Positions 41,001 through 54,433 of a DNA stretch of 64,000 nt are shown here, piece after piece. The position numbers and the translations under genes were made by a program. The stretch spans positions 502,867-566,866 of the forward strand of contig CT868097.1 of NCBI GenBank assembly GCA_000165425.1, in the 5' to 3' direction. Origin of the DNA: Paramecium tetraurelia. Lineage: Eukaryota. The first letter of the stretch is position 1. Every line of letters starts with the position of its first letter. The notes beneath the pieces are model-generated. The model saw nothing but the letters and a program-made list of their open reading frames with translations, searched no databases and was not told where the DNA came from.

Positions 41001-44000
41001 GAATATGTAATAATGTTTAGATAGACCCCTTGCAATTAGGATCCGAGAAGGCTGATTAAAGATAAGATATAAGTTTCCTAGAAATACTTTTAACATCAGG
41101 TTTATTTGTTAAATTCTTGCTAAATTCTGGTTTTAATAAACTAGATATGTTTAAAATGGCATTGGCAATAGTTTCTCTTTCTTTTTCAGCTTCCTTAATA
41201 AACTAATCCTTATTTAGTAATTCTTTCAAAAATAACTTCCAAAGCTTCTCAACTTTGATTGATTTAGTTGAATCATACCCTTCTAACAGTTCCTCTCCTT
41301 CGTCTTTATCAGAGAATACATGTATTTTCTTTTTATCAGGCAAGTATTTCTTACTTGATTTTTTATCATTCTATTCATCAGGATTACTAAATTATTTTGA
41401 TGTCAAACTGCTCTTCTTTGAATGGTATCCTCCAATTATTTCAATGGCTGGCTTTGAATTAGGAATATTATTATCCTAATCAAATTAAATTTAATCCTAA
41501 TCTGTTTCTTAAAGTGAGTCTAATTTAATCTTTACTTAATTCCAAATCGGATCTTCTTTTTAACTCACTGTCTTCTCATAAAACACTTTGCAAAATGTTT
41601 ATAAACATCTTACTAATATCTTTGCGTCTTCACTTGTAGTAATTATAGGATGAAGTATGTTTGATTCAGAAGTTAAAGTTTTTACTTTTTTTAACCATTC
41701 TTATAAGAATTTTTCAATTGCTTATAGATCTTTTCTTAAATCTTATTTCTCTATGGTTTTTAAGAATCTATCATGATATGCCAGAATAAATGGGAAAATC
41801 CCTTAAATGTGATAATTTTTTAGATCTTGAGTGAATAATTGCAAGTCAGTTATTTTATCAAGTCTATTGATTTCAAAGGTAATAAAATCAATTATTTATT
41901 ATCGGCAATGGAACAGTTAAGAATGTTATACCTATCCTCTTTCAGAAGAGATGTGAACCAATCTCAAAAACTCTATTACTTATAATTTTATTAAGGAAAC
42001 CCCTTTAATTTTGTCATTGCTATCAATATATTGAATTTGAGATTTAGTTGTAATAGGCATCTTAACAAATGCGTCATTGGTACATAGTATTTCAAGGAGA
42101 TAGGCTGCTGTAAACAATCTTTTTAGCTTACTTACACTGATGTTGAAATTCTTTTTCACATCTTCTTCTTTTGTGTTGGCATTAAATTTTCTCTTTTCTA
42201 CATTATTCAAAGTTGTCTAAATGAGAATGTCTAATAATTATGCATGATAATAGAAGGGTTCATCTCTAAATGTATCTCTATAGTCTATCTCTCTAAGTTT
42301 ATCAACAAATTTTAAATCAGGCTCTTAAATTGGATCATCCAAAAATAATTTCAAATCACTATTCCTTGAACCATCACAATACAATATCTTTATATCCTTT
42401 TCCCCAAATTCTACTGGCAACAGACTATTTTGTATTAAAATTTAATTGTCAAAAATGTAATTTTATTAATAAATCATTAATGACTCAAATACTTTTAAAA
42501 ACCTCCTTTGTCTACCCTCTTTTAGAATGAGTTATAAAATCATGTCAATTAATTATTAATCAACTTTTTGAACAAGCAAAGTCTTATTATTTTAAAATAT
42601 AGATTCAACCAATTCTAGTTAGCCTAGATCATATTACATGTATCGATAAAAGTTTAAATACTCATAGAGTATAATTTAATTTTCATTGTTGTTGAAACAG
42701 AAATTTTTGAGAACATCAATAGCCAGTCTAAAAAACTCAATCATATAAATCTTTTTCTCCTCTTCTAAATCTCTATCCATTATATATTCATGAATGTATC
42801 TTAATCCATTGGGCAATAAATTAACTACTGCTATATGAGCTCCCAAATTTGCATACAGTTATTGCTTCTTAGGATCAATAACATCTAAACATGATATCAA
42901 TTCATTCTCTTCTAATTTAATATCACTTTTCAATCCATGATAAAAACTATTTAAATATTTTTATGCCTATTCAAAGTCACTACTGACTCTATCCTCAAAA
43001 ATATAGTTGGATATCCATGTATCAAGACGCTCATTTAAAGTTTAAAACTTTTCTAAATTTGTTGTAATGTATTTGTGCAGTATAGTCTTTTCAGCATCAA
43101 AGATAACCTACATGTTTTACAGATTTCGTTTGAATTCCTCTTTTTAAGTAAATAATCTTAGGAGCAATTAAAGACATCTCTTTTCTAATTCTTTATCCTT
43201 CACATGATAGAACGTATGTAAAAATGTTGGCAATAAACTAGCTACAGGCTAATCATTTGCATTGATATCCCCTAAGGCCAAACTCAAATATTGGTCCAGA
43301 TCTAAGATTTCTGGGATTTGAGGATTGTTGATATAATTGTAAAACCTTGCTTTTGCTTTTTCTTCCTACTGATTCATTTTCATTAAGTTTTTTGTAAAGG
43401 AAGTTAAACTATTTTCTTCTTTTAATGGTTCATCTATTTCTTTAATCCCAGTCGAGGCTAAATTAGGCAATAATCCCAATGCATGATGTTTTAACAATCT
43501 CTAAATAATCAAGAGGTTCTTTTGTCTTTAATTTAAATCTTCATACTATATTCTATGACTACGAGGTTTCTTTTTATTTTCCTTTTGTAAATATTAACTA
43601 TAAGCAATAGGATTATTCTCTATGTGATCTCCTTACAATAGATAGGTTTTAAAGAACACTATGCAATTTTACATCATAAAATCTTATCTTAAGTCTAATA
43701 AATATTCCATAAAATCACATATTTTGATCTTCAATTAAACTTCATTTTCTACATATTTTGGATCCAAGAAATTGATTGTTTACATGATTGATGATAATTT
43801 TAAATACCCTCTCATAACTGGATTTAAGTATATGTTTTAATCATTTGTTGTTTGACTTTCTCCTCTCTGTTCCTCATTATCTTCTTCTTCCTTATTTTAT
43901 TTCTTCAAAAGGTTCATAAAATTTGGAGCTGTAAGTTTATGCTGACTTTGCTTATCTTATAATTTCTTTTAGACTTTTTGTCTTTCTGTTTAACAATGAG

Positions 44001-47000
44001 CTTGAATTAAATTCAGTTCGTATTTCTCATAAGTGAAAATATCTAAACAAGACTTAACCATAGATTGAATGAAATTTTAGGGTCTTAAATTGGGTTATAA
44101 TGTTTCACCTAAAGAATAATCCAAAACCCAGATAAGATTCAATTTCATAATCTTATCCAAAATTCTCATAGTGTTTAAGATTAATTCTTCTTATAAGAAA
44201 TCTGGCCCAACCTAGTTTTAGAACTTTTTCGAATCTCTATCTTCGCCCCCTTGATTATTCGCTGGAGGACACATTACTTCATAAATTTCACTTCCCTTCT
44301 CATTCACATAATTCATCAGATTATTCACCAAATCTTTGTAGGTATTCAATTCTTAAATATTCGAAGATCCAGCTTTAGTTGAACTTTTGAATAGAATATA
44401 ATCCCTAGGCTTTTCACACTCACTAAATAATTAACACATAATTGGTGCTTTCTTTATCCTCAGAGGTTCTTAATCAATATACAAAGTCAATGCTAATCTG
44501 GCAAATCCAGGCTATAAATCTATATATTTAGGATCAATAGGATGTTTAAACCATATATTCCTAAACAAAAATGATTTTTCAAATTAAGCACCAAGTTCAT
44601 TTTTCCATGAATAATTTCTTCCTAAAGCAACCTCTGAAAAAAAGGTGAGTTACTCAATAATATACATAAATTTGTCCCTTGAACTTTTATTAATGTCTCT
44701 TAAATCGCAATCCTAAGGTATGATTAGTTAACCTGCTTTGGATGTTAGTCTTACAGTTCCATCATTACTTTTGCTTTCTTCAGCTTTAGTTTCGACTCCC
44801 AATTTTGGTTACTTTGTATTGTTCTTCTTATACAACTTAAAGATGTTTTCTTAGTTAATTTAAATTGGAAATTCTGAATGACTGCAAACATTTCTTAAAA
44901 ATTTTAAATAATATGAGTTGTTTTTGGCTTCGTCATCCCATAACAAATTAATAAAGTATTCAATTAAAGGGACAGGTTTCTTCATTATTTTTTCATGTTA
45001 TTTTATCTCAATTTATTCTTCCTTATCATCAAATTAGTACAAATTAATTAAAATCTTTATTTGTTAATTATCTATTTCGTCGTCCTCATAAAATTCAATC
45101 TTAATATCTTCACTTAATTTATATAATAAATATTTATTGCTTGATACAATATTGATGATAGCTTCGATAGCTTTTGGTAAATATTTAGTGTGCAATTAAA
45201 AATATGGTATTAAGTCATAAGTATATATTTAGTTTTCTCTGTTTAATTTACATACAGATCCTAAGAATTAATAGATCTAATCAACTAATTCTACTTTAGA
45301 TTTAACATAATTATAATATTAGGTCTTTAATGTGTTTTCAGTCTTTTATTCATGCAACATCAAGGCTTTGTCTTCAAAAATAATGTTGCTTTCAATTTCA
45401 AATATGTTTTTGGATTGTTTATCACCTTTTTCTAACTCAATTTCTAATTTCTAATAAAATTCCAATTCTCCTTTAGTAATAATTCTTTCTAAAATTTTAA
45501 TCAGTATATCTATGTAAAACTATTCCCTCATTAATTTCTATCTATATTAATTGATAGATCCAAATAACTATTCTGCAGATGTGGTATAAGACTTATTATT
45601 AACAAAATTCTCTAATTCTGCAATGCAACTTTTTAATTATTAAAATACTCCAAACCATTTTCTTTTAGAAGAGAAATTATCAATTCCAGGATATTTTGGA
45701 TCTTGAATTTAAATAACAAATTTGGCCAATCTACGAAAACAAGATTGCAAAAATTAGATTTCCCAAACTTCATTCCTAGTAGCCATATGTATTTTAAATA
45801 CTGCATGTTCAGTCTTTTCATTTGGTGCTTTCAAAATTGGAATATATTCATGATTTTACTTATCATTCTAAAAATCCATCCAATTTTAACTCTATCTATT
45901 TTATAGATATGTATAACTTCCTCCCTTTAAATATTTTTAATTTGGTTGAGTTTTGAGATCAACAAAAGTAAATATTGTCGACTTATCCAACTCCTAAGTT
46001 AAACGATATTTATATTGTAGTTATTTTTTATTTTATTTATTATTCTTATCCCCTGGGATTTCTACAACACTTAAATAATATCCAGTAGTAACATTCTTAA
46101 GTCTATATCCAGCCTCATACTTGACAAATCCTCCTTAAAGAAACTCTTCCCCTTCGATTTACCATAATCCATTAGTACTGCCCTGATATCCTTAGGCACT
46201 TTCAGTTTGAGACTTAGTAATCGCCACATATAAATTTTTTATGGACAACCATTCAGAAAGGTGATAAAATGTGAAATTGGCCTTGTCTACTGCCTCTTGA
46301 TATTTCTTCACAGAGAGTGTAGCTTCCGCTTCACTATGATACAACCATATGCAATCCCCCACTCTTAAATTTCTTGAACTTTCAGAGATGTATTATTAAA
46401 ACAAAACTATTTTCCAAGAATGAGACTGTTCAACACTAGCATTTATTTCTTTCTTCTGGATGTGTTCAGATCTTGAAGAAGCATATCCTTTGATTTCAGA
46501 AATTTCCAATTAAGAACAATTGATATATGCAAATCGATTAGAGATAGGCATTGCTCTGGTTATGGCACACATTTCACCAGCATTCACATCCTATTCTCCA
46601 TGACTCTAATACATGTAAGCAGGCACTATTTTAAACACAGTGTAATCACTTGAAAAATCATCCAATTTAACCAAGTAATTTTAATTCTCTAATTATGCTT
46701 CATTATCATGACATGCTAAAAATCTACCGCTTGCGATATGTAATAATTGGAATGGTTGATGGTATGTTAATTTTTAGCACCTCGATTTATCAATCGCATC
46801 AATATTTTGCTTATACTCATTCATTAATTGACTAAGTTCTTCATTCATCCTTTATGTAGTCATTTTGATCTTATCCTAATCATAAAATTGTTAATAATAC
46901 ATCCTTCCCATCTTTGTCTCCCTTCTTAATATCAGTTACATTATAATCTTACAAAACTCTAGTCTTCACTGTATCGGAAACCCTGGGCAAAACCTAAAAT

Positions 47001-47222
47001 AGGCATTTGTAAAAGGAATCATTATCTAGGCCATCAAATGTTTTTCTTCTATATCATTCTTAAATACTTTTTTTATTCTTTATGAACAAAGTTTTTTAAA
47101 AATACTTCTGGTTTCAAAAACCCATCTGAAAATAAGAATGCTGTTTGATCAACAAAATCAGAGATGGCGATTATCGACCCAAAAGTGACCATCGTTTAGT
47201 CTATTTATTCATCTTCGTCCAT
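38069..47222 (-). CDS. IP3-receptor/ryanodine-receptor family Ca2+-release channel (Paramecium CRC family)
   Basis: N-terminal QLLHIASGRFL and MIR-like LWQIEG...YRLKNVTTGYYL. C-terminal channel: CDTLLYCF...FRGSIGDY...RFFFD...LNIVAGIIIDTFGSLRE...CFICG...FREHIKINHYMWNYVYF..YL..K.KTEYSGIESYV...WVP. Confidence 0.95.
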
Positions 47223-47538
47223 TTTAATAATTATAAAAATTAATTGTTTAACTAAATTTGAAATTCATTTATTATGCAGTATTTTTGCATTCTGTAGAAA
47301 TAACAAATAATACTCAACTCAAGTAGATATCACATTCTTCCTACAGAAGGTATCAAAATTTAATAGAGAAAGATGAATTTCTTAAATTTATATGATCTAA
47401 AACATTATTTGAATTTTAATCATAGAAAGATGGAAATAGGTAAGTTTATTGAGGGACTTCATCAACTAAGCAATTCTAAATGTTTTCTAAGAATTCTTAT
47501 TCATAAAATTAATTAATATTTTATTTAATATAAAAGGG

Positions 47539-48543
47539 ATGAAATCTATATATTAAGACATGTTAAATAGAGCTTATAACACTCTATTCCACCCATCCGT
47601 GTAATGGTTTAGGATTCTTACACCAGTGAGCAAATTTGTTACGATTTTAGGGTTACAATATTTTCAGATACCCTGCACCAGCATCAGAATAAATTAATCA
47701 TATCGAACATGACTTTAAAACTCCTTATCGTGACTCAAAATATTATGTCAGACATGATGAACCTGTAATCGAAAGAGTATCAAAGTTTACATTCACAGAC
47801 CCTTTGAATGAAACTCCATCTGAAAAGTAATTGATATTCATCAAGAATCTAATAGATTAGTCAGATTAAAATTACTTACTAAAGATCAAGTCAACAATTC
47901 AGAAGCTGTGTAAACGGCAACTTAGCAATATGAATAAAAATACGGATTGCCTTTATCTTAAAGAGGTAAGATATAATTATCAATAATTAGTGTATTGTAA
48001 TCAAGTTGGAGGTGGAGACGCCCTTTAAGACTTTTTCTAAGGTGAAAATATAAGAGAAGTCATGGCTAGCTTTGTGAGACAATAATGGGAAGAAGTCAAT
48101 GAAAATGCGCTTGAAGACTTAAACTGTACCAATTTAGATGACGATTACCATCCAGTTTTAAATGAGAAGGTTGGATTCAATCTCCAAGAAGCAGATCCAC
48201 TTTTTAGATAACTAACTGTTGATTTACACACTTTAGTTAAAAATATTGGGGTAAATTTATTGATTTAATGATTTATCAAATAGGAAAAAGCAAAATAAGA
48301 GGGTCATCTAACATTTTTCAGGGGAGATCCAAATTATTGGCATGTCCTCGATAATAGTTTCCCAGTAGAATCCATTAGATTGATATAAAATACTTTGGGT
48401 GATGAAGTCTCCTAATTAGGTATTACTATCGATTACTATGTTTTATTTTAGATCCAAAGGCATTATAAAAACAACAAAATAGAGAGGATTATCACATTGA
48501 ACAAAAGGTGTAATTACCCATAGAAAATAAATATTATTCATGA
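47539..48543 (+). CDS. NDUFA7: Mitochondrial complex I accessory subunit NDUFA7 (ciliate extended form)
   Basis: LFHPSVQWFRI...FRYPAPASEQIN...DFKTPYRDSKYYVRH...DPLNETPSERLVRL..LTKDQVNNSEAV...ADPLFRQ...TFFRGDPNYWHVLDNSF resembles my recollection of the Tetrahymena NDUA7 subunit. Five tiny introns. Confidence 0.75.
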
Positions 48544-48590
48544 AATCATAAATAAAATAAAATATTTATTCAGTATAATCAATATTTACA

Positions 48591-48803
48591 TCATTGAATG
48601 GCACAGGAACAAGAACATTTTTTCTTCTATTATTGGTATTGTAAACGTTCGACAATATAAATGTCTTAGATTGGTGTACCTTCAATCTAATCTCTAAATG
48701 TGACAGCTTTTGCTGACACCCCTTTGAGAATAGGATAGTTAAATTTATCAAATCTTTTAGTTTTTTTTTTAATTTCTTGTTACGCCACCCTATCTTGGTT
48801 CAT
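48591..48803 (-). CDS. 70-aa intronless protein with polybasic + CaaX C-terminus and a KxVxF motif
   Basis: MNQDRVAQQEIKKKTKRFDKFNYPILKGVSAKAVTFRDQIEGTPIQDIYIVERLQYQQQKKKCSCSCAIQ*. Confidence 0.8.
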
Positions 48804-48877
48804 TTTTATTAATTTTATTAAAAATGGCATTATAATATCAATTTAGTAACAAATTAATTGAATCTATAAATAATTAA

Positions 48878-50495
48878 TCAGAGAAGAGAAAGCATTAACT
48901 CTTTAAATTAGCTAAATGTCATCTACTTTTTAATGGAATAATTACATTATTGTTTTAATCTTTGGATTTCTTATCAAAGTTGAATTTCACACAATTATAA
49001 TCTAAAGAACAAATGTTTAGAATTTCATCTATGCTAATCTTTCCACTATGATTTTTATCTATCAATTTGAATGTCACTTATAAATGTTGATGAGTTAAGA
49101 GAGAAGATTTGTCAACAGATGCAATAATGAATTCATGAAAGTCCAAAAATCCATTTTTATCAAAATCTACCTTTTTAAACAATTCAATGATCTCTTCATA
49201 ATTTTACCCAGGGTACAGTGATCGATATGCTTCCTAGAGCTCCTCAAAACTAATCTTTTAGTCTCTATTCGTGTCAAAGGTATTGAAAATTGAGGCGAAA
49301 AATTGCTTCTATTGTTAGTTGAAATGATTCACCATCAATAACAAAACACAAGCTTAAACATTATTGATATTTTTTAAATTTTTAACCTTTTTCATCTATT
49401 TGAATGCCTCAACAGTTTTTTATGAATTATTAATAGACTTTATCCAATTTGTGTCTAATGCCTATGAAATGGTAATCCTTTGTTTGAAATCATAGGCAAG
49501 CAACTTTTTCATGAAATTCTTGCAATTTTCACTTGATCTTTCAAAATCAATACAATCCAACCTCATGCCTCCGCGTATAATATTCTTCATAATTTGCTAA
49601 ATCGTTAATAGAGTGCCAGTCTTTTGGGGATGATAATTAATTAATAATTAATATCCTATCATTCCTATGGCCCAAATATCACAATGTTTATGCTTTTATT
49701 TTGTTTTGCAAAATTCTGGAGAATAATAATATACTTGTTCCCCTTCTTTATGGATGACGGTTTTTGAGAATAAGGGCTCAATGTCAACCAGTTTCAAAAT
49801 AGGATTCTGAGATTCATCTGAGAACATGAAGGACTCCAACTAAAGTTCTCCATGATATAAATGTTAACTGTGTAAATACTCAAAAAGAGTCAGCATTTAA
49901 TACATAATTTGTACACACTTTTATTCTGAAACTGAACCAAACTCCCTTAGATAAGCTGATAATGTATTCCCACTACAATAATCCTCAACCAAGTAATAAT
50001 GTTTGGGATCGCTATAGATTTCGTATATTTCTGGCAAGTTTATGTGTTCCTAATTCAAAATAAAATTGTACCAATTTCTTTTTCTAGACATACTCAACTA
50101 CTGCTGGTTTTGTCAGGCAGTCCCAATTTAGTTATCTAACGTATCTTACAGATTATGTGAGATTATGGTTGACAATAAAATAATTGATAAGTGAGTCTAA
50201 GCTAATAAAATCTTTTACTCTAACATCCTTTGAACCTGGAATCCATAAGAGTGTAATTTTTAAATATACTGCCATCTTATTCGTTTATTTTCAATTCTAA
50301 ATTACTGCCTAATTATTCCTTCTCCAGACTCTTGGATATTTACAAATTAAAGCTGTATTTGCTAGTATTAAGGTTATTTTCTTAGGTTTTTACTCTTATT
50401 TCTGCTGCTTATTTTTTGCTTTGATTAATCTTCTTTTTTAAAGAATCTTTAAAAGAAGTACCCGTTTTATCTTGTTTAGAGAACAAACAACCCAT
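48878..50495 (-). CDS. CDPK-like pseudokinase with EF-hands and N-terminal MGCxxSK acylation signal
   Basis: MGCLFSK; HINLPEIYEIYSDPKHYYLVEDYCSG; YLHSQHLYHGELQLESFMF (HRD to HGE); LKLVDIEP (DFG to DIE); YYSPEF; CDIWAIG. EF-hands FDTNRDQKISFEEL and IDKNHSGKISIDEI. Confidence 0.85.
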
Positions 50496-51304
50496 TTATA
50501 CTTTATATATTAAAGATAATAAAAATTATAAAGAGAAATATGATTTTCGATAATTAATAAGATTCTTCTTAATTTAAAATGTTTGAATAAATCATAATCA
50601 TTCTAACATTAAATATTGTTAAATCCATTATTTTTACAAAGGGATGATTCATAAGGGCAGCATGAGATTATTATATTCTAGACAATGAGATAATTACTTT
50701 TTAGATTGAGATAATTTTATTAAATTGTCTTTAGATTATTAATTTTGGAATTATCATATAAAAATTGAATAATCACTAGAAACTAATCAATAATCGAGAG
50801 TTAGATAACTATTAAATATAAAGCCATTTCTGGATTTGAAAATCAATCAAGTATCTGTCTATTCAAGAACTGTAGGTTTATTTAATTCGCTTTTATTTGG
50901 TTTTTCTGATTTTGTAATCATTTAAGAATGTATATTCTCTTGCCAACAGGGAATAATTTAAAAGCGTATGATTAATGCGTGTTAATTCTACAAATTCTCG
51001 AAGAATAATCTAAATGCAGGGTCGATAAATAATTAAATATCAAGTAATTTATATCTCCTTTCGATTTGAGTGAAGATAAACAGCTTAGAAAAACACACTT
51101 ATCTAATTAGATTTATTTCTTGGACTACCATTTGAAATCTTAATGGTATACTACCAAATCAAATTAATATTTTATCAAAACATAATATTATATACAAATT
51201 CGATTTGATTTTAAATTTGAATAGTGTCAACATGTATTACCTATTGAATTAAACATGAATAATAAACATATTTAAACATATTAAATACATAATAAATTAA
51301 TATA

Positions 51305-52499
51305 TCATAAGTCTGATTTTTATGAACGCTATTGAAGTCCTAAAAATGATTATGTAAAATTAATGATTCCATCCTTTGTAATTTCACTTAATAAATTAAA
51401 GCTGTCTGAGATTGGATTAAATGCCACAATCTAAGGGAGGTAATCTATAATGTAAGCATACATTTTTACCATTCTAAATTCCAAAATATTGCATAAGTCT
51501 CAACCCATATTTGTTGTCTGTATTAGCTATGCAAATAAGAATCTAATCTTTGATTTTAGATAAAGCTAATCTTAAGTGCTTTTCAGCTTGACTTGTTTAA
51601 GAATTTTACACTAAGATAAGAGTTGGTTAATCCCCTTTGAATATTCTTTTTGCTGTCTAAACAATTTAAATTCTATATTCCTACTTAAATGTCGAAATTC
51701 ATCAACACAGGATAAGAATGTTTTTTGACAAATTATTCTATGTAAGAAATCTCGAAATTATCAAAAATTGCAGCTTTTCTTTCATCATATGGTTTATAAA
51801 CAACTATGCTGGGTACTTAAGCTCTCATCTCATTAGCGAAGTTTTAGTTAAATGTGTGCAAAGCTGGGATATGTTTATTCTTTCTAAATAAATAAAAATA
51901 TAGTGATTACTGTGAGAATTAATAGTATTACATGAATTCGTATGATTCTTTCTATTCACCGAAGAATACCATAACTAAATTAGGAGATTCTGAGAACTTC
52001 TTCAATTAATCTAATGATTTGGCTTCAACAGATCCCTTATCTAAGATGTACTCATAAATATAATGTTTACTTGTTTTCTTTCTCATCCAATCAACAATAG
52101 CTTTTTCTGTTCTATCGCCTTGGTATTCCATCAATAATTGACCATCACCAAATAATTTTAAAGTTGGGAATCCAGTTACTTAATATTTTCTACATAAATG
52201 TTCGTATTAAGGACAATTGATCTTAAATTTATCAAGTTTATTACTTTAGCAAATTGAACATTTTGATTCCTGACTTATCTTGCAGATGAAGCAAACACTG
52301 GAGCTAGATGATGACTAAATTTTATTTATGATTATTACCAATGTCCACACCAATGAGCATAGAAATCCACTAATACAAATTCATATTTCTTCAGAACATA
52401 TTCAAAATTTTAATCGCTCAATATTAAAACTCCATTCTCCTCTGGCACTTATTATCCAAGGACAAGTGAGAAAAAAAGAAGTGTTAGTAAATATTTCAT
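51305..52499 (-). CDS. Protein disulfide-isomerase family (one WCGHC thioredoxin domain + b/b'-like domains)
   Basis: Signal peptide MKYLLTLLFFSLVLG; ENGVLILSDQNF; VDFYAHWCGHC (split by an intron); GFPTLKLF..YQGDRTEKAIVDWM. C-terminal KSDL* is an ER-retention-like signal. Confidence 0.92.
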
Positions 52500-53165
52500 T
52501 AGAAAATTCTAGATTATTTATATTAATGATGTGTAAATTAGAATTATTCATAATTAATATACAATAGATTATTTAAGTAATTGATGGGATAATAAGATTA
52601 AATTGATGCTTTTCAGATCGATACCATACTAATTATATACAAAGTTCTATGAAAATTATAATTAAAATTACAACATGTAATTTTTATGAAATCAATAAAA
52701 ATTAATTGAACAGAATATTTTCATTAAAATTATTAAAGTTTTCTTAATCAAAAAAATTTAGTGTGTGTGTATGAAAATACTCTTTTAAAGTTAAAATCAT
52801 ATATCACTTCCAAATAATTAAAACCTATTATCAATGAAAATATACCCTAATTTTAGGGTAATTAGGGCAATGATCTTAGGAAAGAGTTAATTTCATCATT
52901 TTGTTAAAATGAAGGGAATTCTTCAATTTTTTGAGGATACTCCTAAAATAACGATCTGCTTGATAGATATTTACTAGTTGCAGAGAGAAAATTATTTTTT
53001 CGTTAATTCACTTTTTATTACAAATGTTTAAATTAATAACTGATAAATAAAATTTAGTATTAACATTAAAAAACGCAATATTTCTTTGAAAAACGAATAT
53101 ATTTTGCTGAGTTCCTGATTCAAAATGGAGATATCAAACGATATTTTTCATTATTATTATTATTA

Positions 53166-54351
53166 ATGAAGACCGTCATATTGGCTTTAGCACTTATTGT
53201 CTTAGCTTCATCCACATAAGCTGATGTTATTGCTACTATTAAGAAGATCGATCAATCACCATTCGGCAGAACATTGTTTGATACAATCTATTTAGAACTC
53301 TAAACAGGAGACCCATTAGATAGATTATTGTCAACCTTGACTGACTTGGAAGATAGATATGTGGCTGAATAAAAGGAAGATGATGCTAAAAACTAAGAAT
53401 ACTAAGGTGCTTGCACAGTTGTAAGAACTTATGCCTATATTTTAGGATATCTCAGCATTCGATAAGGATTTGGCTGAATCTAACAGAAAGAAGATCGAAC
53501 TTGAAGCCAGATTAGAAGGATAATTATACCCATAAAGATCAATCTTGGAAGGCTTAGTTGCTTAAAAGAAAGCTGAAGTCAAGGGATACTAAAAGGATTT
53601 GGATGAACTCGATGCTTAAAGAGCTGAAGAACACGAAGATTTCGAAGAGAAAGTCTTAGAACACTAAGAAGCAACAGCTATCATCGCTGAAGCTAGAAGA
53701 CTCTTCGCTGATAACATCGAACACGGATCCTTCATCTAAAAAGGAAAGGCCACAAAGCAAACCCACAAATTCACCAAGGAAGTTGCTAGCATGATCTAAA
53801 AGCATTTTACCACATCTGCCAAGAAGACTGCCAAATTCTAACACAGAAAGGGATACAGCAAGTTATTCAAAGCCTTTGCAACAATTGCCTCAAAAGTTGA
53901 ATAATTAGCTGATGCTGGTGCCGTCTAAAAGATCATTGACTTAGCTGATGAATTATTGGCCAAGATTGCTGATTCATTGTCCTTATTGAGATTCGCTGAA
54001 GACAAGAGAGTTGAAGCATATAAGAAATCAAGAAACTTCATAGTTATCTCTTTGAATGTTGCTGGTTCCGCTCTTGCCAACGCTACTTCTGACTTAGCAT
54101 CATTGAACGATATCATTGCTTAAGTTGAAGCCTCACTCGATACAACTGAATAAAGAATCGAAAACGTTTCAGCTGACAGACATGACAGATTCACTTAATG
54201 CGAAGAGGCTGTTTAAGATTACTAAGATGCCAGAGCTGCCAGAACCTCAGACAGAGATGTTGTTTCATAAACCATCGGATTAGTCAACAAGGAATTGAGA
54301 ACCTTGAGAGAATAATTGGCCTTGAGATAATAAGCTGGAGAAGAAATTTGA
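53166..54351 (+). CDS. Trichocyst matrix protein, T2 subfamily precursor
   Basis: MKTVILALALIVLASSTQADVIATIKKIDQSPFGRTLFDTIYLELQTGDPLDRLLSTLTDLEDRYVAEQKEDD...SFIQ...AGAVQKIIDLADELL...LREQLALRQQAGEEI*. One intron ~53420-53445. Signal peptide and coiled-coil organisation typical of TMPs. Confidence 0.93.
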
Positions 54352-54433
54352 TTTTTATGATCTATACAACATTAAAAATGATTAACATTTCCTTGCAAGT
54401 TTTAATTAAATTGTTTTATAAATTAATTGTAAC

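Noticed and set aside
24728..47222. Germline (IES-containing) origin of the sequence
   Set aside because: The stretches of the two long genes that I translated read through without TA-bounded interruptions, which fits macronuclear DNA. Not every codon was checked.
50500..51300. ~0.8-kb gap with slightly coding-like composition
   Set aside because: No coherent ORF or motif found. Possibly a decayed duplicate, but unsupported.
52846..52867. TTAGGG/CCCTAA units as telomeric repeats
   Set aside because: Paramecium telomeres use T(T/G)TGGG-type repeats, and these units are isolated and inverted rather than tandem.
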